A DNA stretch of 63,368 bases, filler included, from Octopus bimaculoides (GCF_001194135.2; 4 parts of 4 records of this genome joined end to end with filler, not necessarily neighbours in it), one strand, 5' to 3'; shown: positions 37,651 through 50,800, counted from the first letter of the whole stretch. Numbers and translations are program-made. Notes: a model not told the origin generated them from the sequence alone.

Positions 37651-38674
37651 CCTTCAATCTCCTGTCAATATTCCTCTGGCAAAATTCAAATCATTCTGAT
37701 GATGTCTGTTACATAGAATGAGATAAACACAAGTTTACCTCAAAATACAAACTGAAACAGCTGTAAATATTATCTTAGCCATAATTAAAATATGATTATT
37801 CAATAATAATGATTAACTTCGAATTGATACATGTTGCTTCATTTCTACTCCTATCTGAATATATTAAACTGCGGTTTACCCTTAAATTACCAACTACTGT
37901 TAACCTTACGGCAAGTCCTATACATAGGTAATGCACCAGTTGTGCCTACGGATACATTTATCCCTTAGACGGTTGCATAACCTCTCACTCATAATTTCTC
38001 ATTAACAAATATATGCTTAGTCTTGCTAAACCATAAGCTGGTTTGATTTTCAGATGAAAGTCAACCCAGCTAGTTGTTTTTTTCATTTAAAGACTTATTA
38101 GGAATCTCTTAGCTTTACCATTCAACTTTTTGAAATCGAATAATAAATAACACCTTACGGAAAATACAAAGATTGTGAGTAGCGTAATCTCATTTGTATT
38201 AGTGCGCATTAACAGTTACAGCAACATTACAGCTGTATAAGGTATAAAATTCCGAATGCATATTTAATCGTAGCCCAAAGGTGTAGCAATAGCTGTAAAC
38301 TCCTACTCATATCACACTTTATTGTCTTAAAAAGAAGGAAGCTCACATTAGTTAATGCAATCTTTGATACATTGAGTCTAAATTTAAAACTGTAATGGTC
38401 GCAGCTTGGATCATGTGTTTGCTCGATTAGAGCTTAACCTGAGTCAAACATTAGTAGCAACAACAACAGCAGTAGAAATAACAACAAAAATTGCAGCAAC
38501 AGCAACAACAGTTGTAATAAACTGAAGATCAAAATCAAAATCCATCTTGTCAATCATTCACTTTTACCAGCAACCTCCACTCTCCTCTTGCAGAAGACAC
38601 AAACTTACCTTCTTACTTCATCCATCCATTATAATCATTACAACTGTATGACAACACCGCACATTAAGTTTGTT

Positions 38675-38792
38675 TCTATAGTAGAAAATATTTGCCCAAG
38701 GTGCCACGCAGTAGGACTGAACCCGGAACTATGTGGTTGTTAAGCAAGCTATTTACCACACACCCACACCTGCGCCAACACAGCCACTCCTG
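38675..38792 (-). mobile_element. SINE family B head (duplicated 5' end)
   Basis: TTTGCCCAAGGTGCCACGCAGTAGGACTGAACCCGG...CACACCTGCGCC followed by ACACAGCCACTCCTG. Confidence 0.85.
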
Positions 38793-38852
38793 AGCGTCTA
38801 TACGTGTACATACATATATGTGGAGTAGTGTATCTTGTATAGTTCATGGTTG

Positions 38853-39345
38853 CTTTATAAGCAGTTGAATTATGCTCTTGATTGAAGTGCGTCCCCTCCG
38901 AGGACAATGGATGCGTCCCCTCCGAGGACAATGGATGCGTCACCTCCGAGGAGCGGTCAAAAAACCATGAAACGGTCCGTCAGGAGACTCCCGCTTCCTG
39001 TTGTTGCACATCTATAATACAGAACGGAAGTGCTTACATTCTTATACTTATTTAAACCAGCAAGTGAAGTTTTATATTATATTAGTAGTTTTAATTTACG
39101 ATGGTTCGTGTGTAAATAGATATGGTTAAATATAATGACGAGCTGTGAAAAGCACAAATATGCAAATCATATCACCCACTAAAATGTTATCCTAATTTAT
39201 GAGCTCTTTATAAGCAGCTGATCTGTAGTACTGGCTGAGAAGGAAGACGGGCACGTCTTCTTTGTGGGAGTGGTCAAAAACCATAAAATGTCTGTCAGAA
39301 AACTCCCTCCGTTTTTCCCCCGTACATCAGTAGTATAGAAGGAAT
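38853..39345. repeat. Degenerate direct repeat (period ~350 bp) containing a 24-bp minisatellite
   Basis: CTTTATAAGCAG...GGTCAAAAA(A)CCAT(G/A)AAA...GTCAG(G/A)A(G/A)ACTCCC...AGAA(C)GGAA occurs at ~38853 and ~39206. GCGTCCCCTCCGAGGACAATGGAT x2.7 at 38889-38952. Confidence 0.75.
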
Positions 39346-39383
39346 GTCTTTATTTAACACAGAGTGAAATTTCACAAACATTA

Positions 39384-39457
<74 letters not shown>

Positions 39458-39486
39458 CAAACATTACAAATATATATATATATATA

Positions 39487-39618
39487 GGAGGAGTGGCTGT
39501 GTGGTAAGTAGCTTGCTACCACATGGTTCCGAGTTCAGTTCCACTGCGTGGCACCTTGGGCAAGTGTCTTCTACTATAGCTTCGGGCCGACCAAAGCCTT
39601 GTGAGTGGATTTGGTAGA
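39487..39618 (+). mobile_element. SINE family B head
   Basis: GGAGTGGCTGTGTGGTAAGTAGCTTGC...GGCACCTTGGGCAAGTGTCTTCTACTATAGC...GTGAGTGGATTTGGTAGA. Confidence 0.9.
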
Positions 39619-39639
39619 TAGACATATATACATATGTAT

Positions 39640-39740
39640 NNNNNNNNNNNNNNNNNNNNNNNNNNNNNNNNNNNNNNNNNNNNTTAATTAATTAANNNNN
39701 NNNNNNNNNNNNNNNNNNNNNNNNNNNNNNNNNNNNNNNA
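39640..39740. other. Artificial assembly spacer with TTAATTAATTAA
   Basis: Same construct as 26751-26850. Confidence 0.9.
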
Positions 39741-39906
39741 CATGTTAGGATCCACAATGAGCAGAACTTACTTGCAGGTATTGGTAGTGCAAATCAGAGG
39801 TGCAATCTGTGTGGGTGTTTTTTCAAAACACTGTCTGGTTTAAAAAGCCACATCAGACGCCATGAAAGGGCTAAGGTGTAGGTGCAGGAGGTGGTCAAAC
39901 TCTGTT
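39741..39906 (+). mobile_element. RTE-type LINE 3' end with C-terminal C2H2 zinc finger
   Basis: HVRIHNEQNLLAGIGSANQRCNLCGCFFKTLSGLKSHIRRHERAKV* (stop at 39881) has C-x2-C-x12-H-x3-H and no TGEKP linker. A short 3' UTR leads into a (TA)-rich tail; the 5' part is lost in the gap. Confidence 0.65.
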
Positions 39907-39929
39907 TAAGGAGTAGACAACCGCCATAT

Positions 39930-40012
<83 letters not shown>

Positions 40013-40693
40013 AACACAAACACAGACACAGCACAGCGCTCGCGCACACACATACACACACGCGCATGTATTTTCACTCCCACTTTTTACTTTAGATTCT
40101 ATCTGTAATTCTCATAGTGGGTTAAACCGGAGGAATATTCAACCACTTGTACGCTAAATTTAAGCGTAAAAACTGACTAAGATAGACAATTGAATATTCA
40201 TCGTCGAAACCAACGGAACGCCCACCGTAATGTATTTGAAAGAAAATTTGTTTCTTCTATGTGCTTATACACACACACACACACACACACATACACGCGC
40301 GCACACACACATACAAACATGCCCACACCCAGACATACATGCTTACATTCAAACATACATATATATATACATATATATGTATATATACATATATGTGTAT
40401 ATATACATACACACACATGTTTATATTTATGTAAGCTTATGTATACATATACACGCACAGACATACGCGTATATGTACTTACGTGTAATATATTTATAAA
40501 TACGTATACATACACCCTCTATTATGTACTCAATTCTATTTATCCTGTTTGTAAAACCAAAGTTATACGAACGCACTGTGTGCGTATGTGTATAAATGAG
40601 TAATGTGTGAGTACATACTTACATACATACATGCATACACACATAGATATATATACATGGACACACACACACACACGCATAAATGTATGTTTG

Positions 40694-40727
<34 letters not shown>

Positions 40728-41404
40728 TGTATGTATATGTGCACACATACGCATATAATAGCGAGGGAATAATGTAATTGTTGCAGAGAAATGTCATTTG
40801 TAATAATGGTATATGTATCTACATTTAATGCAGATAATTATTATTATTGTCACATATAAGCTAAATCCAAGAAGAGGCCTACTATGCCACATGCCATCTC
40901 GAGAACAAGTCACATCCTGAAGCGTAACATTCAATACTTTTGATATTCAATAGAACAAATGTGAAGTTGTAACCATTGATAGAGGATCATGGAGAGCGAC
41001 AATCTGGCATAGAAGACAGACATCTGCCGTGAGTTGCCTCATACAAACACGTCGTCCGGATGGTTGCACGAAACCAGTGTTGTTAGTACACACGACAGCT
41101 AGCATCGATCACCGCTGCCGCCGCCACAACCACCACTACCACCACCGCCACTACTACTACTACTATTACGATAGTATTAATACTAATACATGCATAGGAA
41201 CGGAGTTGCGTCGCATTGTTCAGTGAAATCACGCAATAAAAATGACACTGCTCGAATAATAATGCGATAATGGTAATCATTTGTTTATTAGCCACAAGGT
41301 CCAGATATTAAATACAAAACGTCTCATATCGAAAGATGTTACAAAACGTGTGGGATGTACACGTTTAATATAAAGGATGGGAAAGTAATAAAAAATGTTG
41401 GATG

Positions 41405-41745
41405 GAAATTTTAGCAGGAGGCCAGCACTTTTAAGAAAAGGCTAAGTCAATTGCATTGATCTGTGTGTTCAAATGATATTTGTTAATCGACCCTGATAAG
41501 ATGAAAAGCAAAGTCGATCTCGGTGGAATTTGAACTCAGAAAGTAACACTTTACATCGCGTTTAAATTTTAGCACAAGACCAGAAATTTGGTGGGAGGTG
41601 TGCTGAGTCGATTAAATCGACCCCAGTGCTCGATTGGTATTTATTTTATCGATCCCAAAATGATGAAAGGTAAAGTTAACCCTCGTGACATTTGAACCCA
41701 TGATGTAAAGACGGACGAAATGCCACTAAGCATCTTGTCCGTCGT
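41405..41745 (-). mobile_element. Two degenerate SINE family A copies
   Basis: AAAGCAAAGTCGATCTCGGTGGAATTTGAACTCAG (41505-41540) and a second copy at 41560-41745. Confidence 0.8.
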
Positions 41746-42839
41746 GGTAATCAAAAATGCACCGTGGTCGAATTTGGAACCAGAACTTCAAAATATTTAG
41801 GTTAATAACGTAGGCTGTTCCGTTCAGTCCGTTACATGTACTGTCAGAAAATAATATGAAGTGCACATGTGATCTTAATATTTCTAAAAGACTGTAGATC
41901 CCATTTAAACCACATATTTTCATCTTTCATGTTGCAAAGATCGCTGTGAGCTAAAGATTTACATTAGTACCATTATCTTTAATCATGATATGAACTATTT
42001 CTAGTCTATAACAATATCAACTCTATCTTTTGGTCTCCTCATCAATCTTCAACAAGAGATACTCGCTTCATATTTTCTGTTCATATCGAACCAACTCACA
42101 CATCGACTCCAACCGTAATTCCTCTTTCGACTCATATAAAAACTCTCTCCGTTATCTTCCAAACAAATCCGTGTCATTTTCTTTTCCTTTTCTTATTGGA
42201 AGGAAGTTCTTTCTCTTGACGTAACTGTTCCATATATTTTTCTTTTCCTGAACCTCGCTCGTATTCAGTACCTCTTTATGACTCACTATGTTAGAAAAAG
42301 AAAAATTAGTGTGGCTGCTATTACTAAGTTTTACACTGTTTTATGTTGTATAATTGAATGTTTGCGCGCGAATTGTGTCCCGATGCACTAACAATTTCAC
42401 TAACACGCTGATAATTGCTATGTTATCTATTCTTCTTAAAGTATATTTGTTTTTGTATTGGAAAAATTGAACGAGGGAGGGTTATTTAAAGTTCTTCATC
42501 GTTACTTCTCCCATGGTGATTTTTTTCCCTTTTATTAGACATGTTGTTGCCATCTAAAACATGAAACCGAAGAATGCAAATAACCTTTGCTTCCTCCCTT
42601 AAATGAATAAATAAAAATTCAGTTAAAGACAACCAAGTCTGAGATAAAGATTTCTTCCGAATCAGATGGTGTGCAGATAAAAAAATAATCCCAAATCTTT
42701 GCGTTCATCTTTGAAAGTAAAATTAGTACAAAACCCCTGTTTTCAATCATACAATCCAAGTAAAGATTAATTTTTCGTGGAACATATAATAATGATAACA
42801 ACTACGAGATCAACGACGATGACGACTACGACGACGGTG

Positions 42840-42876
<37 letters not shown>

Positions 42877-42880
42877 TAAT

Positions 42881-43094
42881 GGAAGTATCAGAACTCAACT
42901 AGCAACATGGCTGAAAGAGATCGGTGCAAGTGTGAAGTTAGAACACCTACAAAAAATCAACATTGCTGCGAACTGCAAGAATTCTTCGCAGGGTTCTTGA
43001 AGCATGACCAGTAAAATAAGTATAACCTTAGTCTGCTGGCTGTGGACAGCAGACACTTTCCATCATAACCAGCAAAATAAGCTGTGAGTTTTAG
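42881..43094 (+). mobile_element. R4/Dong-like LINE 3' end
   Basis: TQLATWLKEIGASVKLEHLQK..LLRTARILRRVLEA*, then a 3' UTR. (TAA)n on both sides. Confidence 0.85.
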
Positions 43095-43144
<50 letters not shown>

Positions 43145-43487
43145 NNNNNNNNNNNNNNNNNNNNNNNNNNNNNNNNNNNNNNNNNNNNNNNNNNNNNNNN
43201 NNNNNNNNNNNNNNNNNNNNNNNNNNNNNNNNNNNNNNNNNNNNNNNNNNNNNNNNNNNNNNNNNNNNNNNNNNNNNNNNNNNNNNNNNNNNNNNNNNNN
43301 NNNNNNNNNNNNNNNNNNNNNNNNNNNNNNNNNNNNNNNNNNNNNNNNNNNNNNNNNNNNNNNNNNNNNNNNNNNNNNNNNNNNNNNNNNNNNNNNNNNN
43401 NNNNNNNNNNNNNNNNNNNNNNNNNNNNNNNNNNNNNNNNNNNNNNNNNNNNNNNNNNNNNNNNNNNNNNNNNNNNNNNNNNNNNNN

Positions 43488-43589
43488 AAACATAAGAGCA
43501 CCACAGCAAACCACAGCACATACCCAAGGCGCACAGAGCTGCGCTCGGTAGTGAAGTGAAAGCACGTTATAAAAATAAAACTACTGAAC
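43488..43589 (+). mobile_element. LINE 3' UTR (probably R4/Dong-like) with (TAA)n tail
   Basis: Unique 100-bp segment emerging from a gap and ending in a long (TAA)n array. Recalled as a common octopus LINE end; not verifiable here. Confidence 0.5.
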
Positions 43590-43671
<82 letters not shown>

Positions 43672-43709
43672 GTAATAATAGTAACAATAATAATAATAAT
43701 AATCATAAC

Positions 43710-43749
<40 letters not shown>

Positions 43750-44369
43750 GTATTGAGAAGAGCATTGTTGCTGTGAATTTATTTTCTTTCCTTTTTTCCT
43801 TGTTTTGTTTTCTTTTCTTTAGTTTTTCCTTTTTTCTTCTTTCCTTTTTTTCTTTCTCTCTTTTTACTATCATATACCTTGACTTTGTAAATGAACAATC
43901 TGGCGCGTTCATTTTACTGGCCTACCAATGCGTACAGTGAGTTTCTCTGCCCTAGGTGTCGGGAAGACACTCGACAAGAAATGGAAAGAAAATTGAAAGG
44001 AATCTTGATTTCTATTAACTGCTGGGTTAGAGGTGAGAGGGCTGAGTGAGTGCCTATGTCGGATTGTAAAACTCCATGAGCTCTTAAAAACAGTTAGAGA
44101 AAACATAGTACTTACAAACAAGTCACCATCATCATCTCCGATTACTGGATCTATACTTCTGTAAATGGAATGGTAAATTACGTGGAATGATAAACATCAG
44201 TAAGTTCTTGGAAATAGAAAGACCAGAATTTATAACCATGTTAAAGGAATTTTCACAAAGCATTTTTTAACCTTCACGACACGTTTTCTAAAATGCATTT
44301 CCTTGAAACAAAGATAAAGAGGTTTTAACAAAACCCCAGACTTTCGGAGTTGTACTTCTCTTTATAAGT

Positions 44370-44520
44370 GGAGGCGCATGGCTTACTGGTTAGGGTGTTG
44401 GACTCATGATCGTAAGGTTGTGGTTTCTATTCCGGCACCGGGAGATGCGTTGTGTTCTTGAGCTAAACACTTCATTTCCCTTTGTCCCAGTCCACTTGGC
44501 CGGTAAAAAGAGTAATCCTG
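44370..44520 (+). mobile_element. tRNA-derived SINE (family C-like head)
   Basis: GGAGGCGCATGGCTTACTGGTTAGGGTGTTGGACTCATGATCGTAAGGTTGTGGTTTCTATTCC. Confidence 0.75.
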
Positions 44521-45377
44521 CGATGGATCGGCGTTTTGTCCAAGGCGAAGTATATACACACCGGAGAAACCGAAAAACCTGGTCCTATGCTTCTTACGGA
44601 ATGAAGTGATTTGATGTGACACCGTGAATTGAACCTGAAGGAATTACATCATAGTAGAACCTTTGTAATAATTTAATAACACATAAAACTTTTTAATTCA
44701 TCATGAATTTCAATTTATTTCATAAAATACAACTATCAATGAAATAATAAAAGCAGCTGGCTGGTTCTATTACTTACGGGCAAACAATACAATTCTGCTT
44801 ATTCAAAGTATGCTGTAGAAACAAAATTGACTTGATAGAAAAAAAAATGACTGTAGTTTGGAAATCAGCCAATTTTCGTCTAAATCAAGTGAAAAAAAGT
44901 AAATACTACAGAATTTATGTTCAATATTGTTCCTCTGTGAAATTATTTGCGACAAAGCAGTATTAATGCCTAAAGACAATCATAATATCCAACTTAACGT
45001 GAATGCTTTATCAGAACGCCATATTCTGCGGTATCCGCCTTGAACGGTCCTCTCATGGACATACGGGGCATAAAAGCACACACGGATGTGTCAAAATTTT
45101 CGTCGCACAGCTCTGACCATGCCACTAAATTGCAGGGGAACGCTTAATGTATATTTTTCCGTTTAGGAATGAGAAAAAGAAAAACGATAATGTTCCCAAT
45201 AAGTATTATGATAATGATAAGGATTATGATAATAGTAAGGATTATGATAATAGTAAGGATTATGATAATAGATTGTGGTATTTTCCAGTTAAGAATAATA
45301 AAGATAATGCTAACAACAAAAATCATGATAACGACGATGGCGCTGCTGATGTTACACATGATGATGACGATGATGAC

Positions 45378-45411
<34 letters not shown>

Positions 45412-46023
45412 GTAAGAATTCGGATAATGATGATGAATGCCACAATCAGTAAAATACCTGTAGCTTTGGAAATACCACATTCATTATAGCTTTTGTCTTT
45501 CAATTAACCGCTAGAATCCATGTTTTAACAGTCGAAATAATTTCTAAAATACAAACACACGAAGCCCTAAGATATACAATAATACAACACTAAAAAATGC
45601 AATTTACTTCAGCGCTTGTTTCGTACAAGTTTTTACGACTGGTTACACCTTTTCATTTGTTCACAATCAACACTATCACCTGTTATTGGCATTTGCATCT
45701 TTCATCACGAAACAAATAGGATTACCACCACCACCACCAAAACCACCACCACCATCGTCATCATCATCACTATCATCATCATTGCCTTCTTCTTCTTCTT
45801 CTTCTTCTTCTTCTTCTTCTTCTTCTTCTTCTTCTTCTTCTTCTTCTTCTTCTTCTTCTTCTTCTTCTTCTTCTTCTTCTCCTTCCTCTTCTTCTTCTTC
45901 TTCTTCTACGACTTCTTTCAATTAATGGATGAAAACATTGCATGAACAATAACAAAATCCTTGATAATGATATTTAGTTTTTCGTTTCTTTATTTGACTT
46001 TAATATCATGTTTTATTTTGTAG

Positions 46024-46072
<49 letters not shown>

Positions 46073-46098
46073 CAACAACAACAACAACATCAATAATG

Positions 46099-46138
<40 letters not shown>

Positions 46139-46141
46139 GAA

Positions 46142-46172
<31 letters not shown>

Positions 46173-46618
46173 AAGAAGAAGAAGAAGAAGAAGAAGAAGA
46201 TTATTTTCTTTCTTTGCGTTATGGTTGTTTTCATACTACAGTAACTTATAAATGCATGGAATAGACAAAAAACTTCAGGTAAAGACTATAGGAAGGACAA
46301 TCATGGTATGTAACACACACACACACACAGAGACACACACACACACACATGTATATATGATGGCTGTAAACTCGTGTTCGAATATTGTCATCGCCTGATC
46401 GAAAGCCTCACAAATGAGAGGGCCACGACCAGCCATTTCTTTTTATAGGACGTCTTACAGTTTTTCAAGCGATGTCTGTGCATAATGATTTTACTTTTTT
46501 TAAAGTGGAGAAAGGATTTACACAAATGATCTCGAAAAGGAGAACTAGTCTACATCATCGAATATTGTCAGTGTCGCGGGATTTCTCTCAAAGTTTCCAT
46601 CTCCTAGAGAGATGTATG

Positions 46619-46649
<31 letters not shown>

Positions 46650-47912
46650 GCGCACATATTGTTTGATGACCGTTAACTTCTCATGAGCTATTCCGCTCTT
46701 TGACAGTTCTTATTTTTCGTCCTGCAGCCCGTCCAACAATCACCATCCTCAGCAAGCAGGTTTCATGGGGTTGCCAGTTTAATCAAAGACGACCCGACCA
46801 TGCAATGGATTGTATTGGGTTACATATTACCAGTAGTACCAAACAGTGACCTTGAAACTTGAAACCTTGAAACAGCGACTTTGAAACCTTGAAATCAATT
46901 TTGTAGCAAAGTACGAACAGGGGTTGGTTACAGGAATAAGATTAAGCAAAAAAAAAAGCAGCAACGAGAATAAATACGAGCCAAAATTGTGGTTATAGCA
47001 AATGCGAATAGCAAATCTTTAAGTCCAGTATTACAAATAGATGAGCAGTTTTGGCTTGGGTGACTGCAGAGGTGACCCAAAATGGTATGTGGTTGCGAGG
47101 ACCAGTATAGACTTACGTGTCCTAATGACACCCGAAAAGAACAAGAACAATCCAGTGGTTATGAAAATTTTATATGAAACGGTACAATTCGTGTGTCACA
47201 GAGAAGAGTGTTGACAATGATACTGCAAACATCGCAACCTAATAGTACCAACCTGTAGTACCACACTTCGTCATGCATTGAGGAAGAAATAATGATTACA
47301 AATAAAAATTCCTGAACAGTTGGTGAAAATACGAAAGAGAAAAAGGAGTAAAAGTCACAAAATAATGAAGACGCAACATAAAACAGCGAAACTAGGTAAG
47401 TAAGGATAATTTCTTCCCAACGACAACGTAATTACTTTCCAAGAAAAAGGAAAAGGAAAATGAAGAGAATGAAGATGAACTATGATTCACCGATCTTCAA
47501 AAATCAAGCAGACAGTTAATAGACATAATTATGCGTCTTTGGTGCCAGGATCTTTCCGAAAAACTTACAATGGCACCAGAAAGTTAAGTTTGAAACATAA
47601 ACAACATGCAAAAGACAGATTACTAGTAAAATTAAAGTTAAACCTACAATAAACTGAAACTACATTACATATTCAAGGTTTTGTATATGTTTTCCAACGT
47701 CAAATGTCCCCGAAAATGCTAATTTTTACAAATGCCAATATTGCAACTTTACTCTAAAGCAAAGGCTTAAGATCCACTAACACCTTCAAGTTTCTAAAGT
47801 AGGTCCCCTCATGCGCCTAAAGTAGGTCACTCAAAACCCTATTAGTCTGACCCTTATTCACGGGTCTAAAAACGATACCAATAATAATTGGAGCATTGGG
47901 TATGATAAAAAA

Positions 47913-48161
47913 TATTAATCTAACTCGTCTATAGTATTCTTTTTTATTTCCTCTTTCATTTATGTATGTTGTATCCTATCTAGTTCATTGATTCCTAAGT
48001 ATTAATTGTATGTCTAGCTTTGGTCTAATTCTCTTATTTCATTTGCTTTGTCAAGTGTGATGTCGCTACTTTTAACAAGCTTTCCTCTTTTCAAGGTTGC
48101 TTTGGCACATTTTTCTAAGCCAAATTTCATGTTTATTTCTTTGGTAAATCCATGTACTGTC
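47913..48161 (-). mobile_element. R4/Dong-like RT thumb-region fragment
   Basis: Minus-strand TVHGFTKEINMKFGLEKCAKATLKRGKL...YLGINELDRIQH..MKEEIKKEYYRRVRLI matches R4-clade I.M.FGLDKC...YKYLG...KEY.RR. Confidence 0.85.
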
Positions 48162-48172
48162 TGTTGTTGTTG

Positions 48173-48199
<27 letters not shown>

Positions 48200-48204
<5 letters not shown>

Positions 48205-48549
48205 TTATGTTTGACTTTTGTTTTGCATTTGTACAAGTTGGATCCAAGTCTCACCCAGAGACCTCAAGAGACAACAAGTTAGAAGTTCATGTAGGTGTTA
48301 TGCCTAGGGTACCATATATTTGGATTTGTACAGTTTTGTTCAAGTGAATGTTTAAGAAANNNNNNNNNNATTTTGCTAATTTCTATTTCAAGATCTTTAT
48401 ATTTGCTCAGTTTTTGGTAGGTCTTGACAGATACGTTTATATCAATTGGGACAGTCATATCAATGAGGAGGCATGATTTTTGTCTGAAGTCTTTCAGTAT
48501 GATGTCTGGCCTATTTGCGTCTATCTTTCTGTCAGTTTGAATGGTGAAG

Positions 48550-48552
<3 letters not shown>
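48200..48552 (-). mobile_element. R4/Dong-like LINE 3' fragment with RLE domain
   Basis: Minus-strand NFTIQTDRKIDANRPDIILKDFRQKSCLLIDMTVPIDINVSVKTYQKLSKYKDLEIEISK, a 10-N gap, then the 3' UTR. (TAA)n at both ends. Confidence 0.9.
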
Positions 48553-48593
<41 letters not shown>

Positions 48594-48594
<1 letters not shown>

Positions 48595-48812
48595 AAGTCG
48601 GTGAGCTGGCAGAATCGTTAGCACACTGGACGAAATGCTTAGCGGTATTTTGCTCGTCGCTACGTTCTGAGTCCAAATTCCGCCGCGATCGACTTAGCCT
48701 TTCGTCCTTTCGGGGTCAATAAATTAAGTACCAGTGAAACACTGGGGTCGAGGTTATTAACTAGTCCCTTCCCACAAATTTCGGGCTTTGTGCCTATAGT
48801 GGAAAGGATTAT
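48594..48812 (+). mobile_element. SINE family A, full length
   Basis: Head GAGCTGGCAGAATCGTTAGCAC through GTGGAAAGGATT, embedded in (TTA)n on both sides. Confidence 0.9.
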
Positions 48813-48833
48813 TATTGATTATTATTATTATTA

Positions 48834-48911
<78 letters not shown>

Positions 48912-48936
48912 TATTATTATTATTATTATTATTATT

Positions 48937-49496
48937 GAGTGAGAGAGCAGTGCATACCATCAAAGTGACACTGGGGTAAAAATATACGAAGCCCAGTATA
49001 GCCATCATGACTACCCATCTGATAAGGGTACACCAGGCACATGCATCACAACCATATGTGCGCGACATGGTGATCTCATATCAAGATAAACAGTGCATGA
49101 CCTCGCAGGTGGGGCCCAGTTAGAATTTTCTACAGGTCGAATAGCCCATCCAACTCAAAAGGTCCCTGAATAAGGTTTGTTTAAAGATGTTGAGCAAAAC
49201 ATCTTTGTTTCCAAAGGTGAATTATTCAAACCCCAAAGAATTCCTCTCGACACATGGCTATGATGCTCCCCCACTACTTCTGCTCATGATCAGAGATGCA
49301 CATATCGTCAGCCACCAAGGGATATGTTCAACTGGTTAAGGTCAAACAACTGACAAGCAAATCTGTGGTATTAGGCAGAATATTTGCTGTAGCCCATCTT
49401 TTTATACCAAGACAAAACAATGTACATGATAACACTTCCAATCAATTAAGATCAGAAGCCATGAGAACCACTGCCTGGTACTGCATCCGGGCATTC
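48937..49496 (-). mobile_element. ~560-bp non-coding repetitive element (family D) bounded by (TAA)n
   Basis: A second copy lies at 21999-22252. No long ORF and no tRNA head. On the minus strand it reads (TAA)n-element-(TAA)n. Confidence 0.75.
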
Positions 49497-49509
49497 ATTA
49501 TCATTATTA

Positions 49510-49558
<49 letters not shown>

Positions 49559-49595
49559 GATTATTATTATTATTATTGTTGTTGTTGTTGTTGTG

Positions 49596-49695
49596 NNNNN
49601 NNNNNNNNNNNNNNNNNNNNNNNNNNNNNNNNNNNNNNNTTAATTAATTAANNNNNNNNNNNNNNNNNNNNNNNNNNNNNNNNNNNNNNNNNNNN
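49596..49695. other. Artificial assembly spacer with TTAATTAATTAA
   Basis: N44-TTAATTAATTAA-N44. Confidence 0.9.
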
Positions 49696-49726
<31 letters not shown>

Positions 49727-50264
49727 AGAATACGTAAGGAGTATTCCTCAACTGGCACAAAGCAATAGGCATGTACTCTGAGTGCTTGGTCTGGTTCACC
49801 ATTAAAACTCCATATCTACACTTATACATATGCCATTATATACATATATCGACAAACACACATATGCATAGATATACGTCATGTTTGTATATACACACAT
49901 ATACACTTGAACGCAGTGCATATGATATTCTACTCTGTTTATTTCTTTTCTGACCACATGACCACACCTTAAACCAAACGATTTACTATATATGTGTGTG
50001 TGAGTCTGTGTGTGTTCATGTGTGTGCATATATGTATATATATGTATACATATATATGTATATATGTATATATATGTTTATATTTATGCACATACATATA
50101 TACAAATATATGTATATATATAACTATATAGGTGAGAAAGTTGGTATGTGAATATATATACATATTTCTATGTATGTGTAAATATATATATGTATATAAT
50201 ATATATATATATATACTTATATATTTATATATATATACATGTATATGTGTATTGACATAAGTGC

Positions 50265-50322
<58 letters not shown>

Positions 50323-50555
50323 ATATATAATATATGCATGTTGCTATGCATACGTATGTATCTATGTATATAACACAACAGGAATCTGTGGCTTATATAT
50401 AGTCATATTTTTTCTGTAAATTAATATGTCTCGTCATTGTTTACAGCCAAATTAAACTTTGCTTTCACAAATACAATATTGATGAACACTGACAATTAGA
50501 ACAATATCGTATGTCACAGATTCTATGGTTATTATTGTAAGTTTTAACTTTTCTG

Positions 50556-50586
<31 letters not shown>

Positions 50587-50594
50587 CATTATTA

Positions 50595-50640
<46 letters not shown>

Positions 50641-50660
50641 CATTATTATCATTATTATTA

Positions 50661-50756
<96 letters not shown>

Positions 50757-50800
50757 NNNNNNNNNNNNNNNNNNNNNNNNNNNNNNNNNNNNNNNNNNNN

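Noticed and set aside
38889-38952. 24-bp repeats as a CRISPR-like array
   Set aside because: The repeats are contiguous with no spacers, and the context is eukaryotic with no cas genes.
39741-39881. C2H2 finger as an exon of a host zinc-finger gene
   Set aside because: There is no TGEKP linker or finger array, and the stop is followed by a short UTR and microsatellite tail, which fits a LINE C-terminus better. Not fully excluded, because the 5' side is a gap.
46960-47870. Semi-open frames (e.g. FTDLQKSSRQLIDIIMRLWCQDLSEKLTMAPE) as a gene
   Set aside because: Many stops, no recognisable motif and no splice structure; at most another TE fossil.
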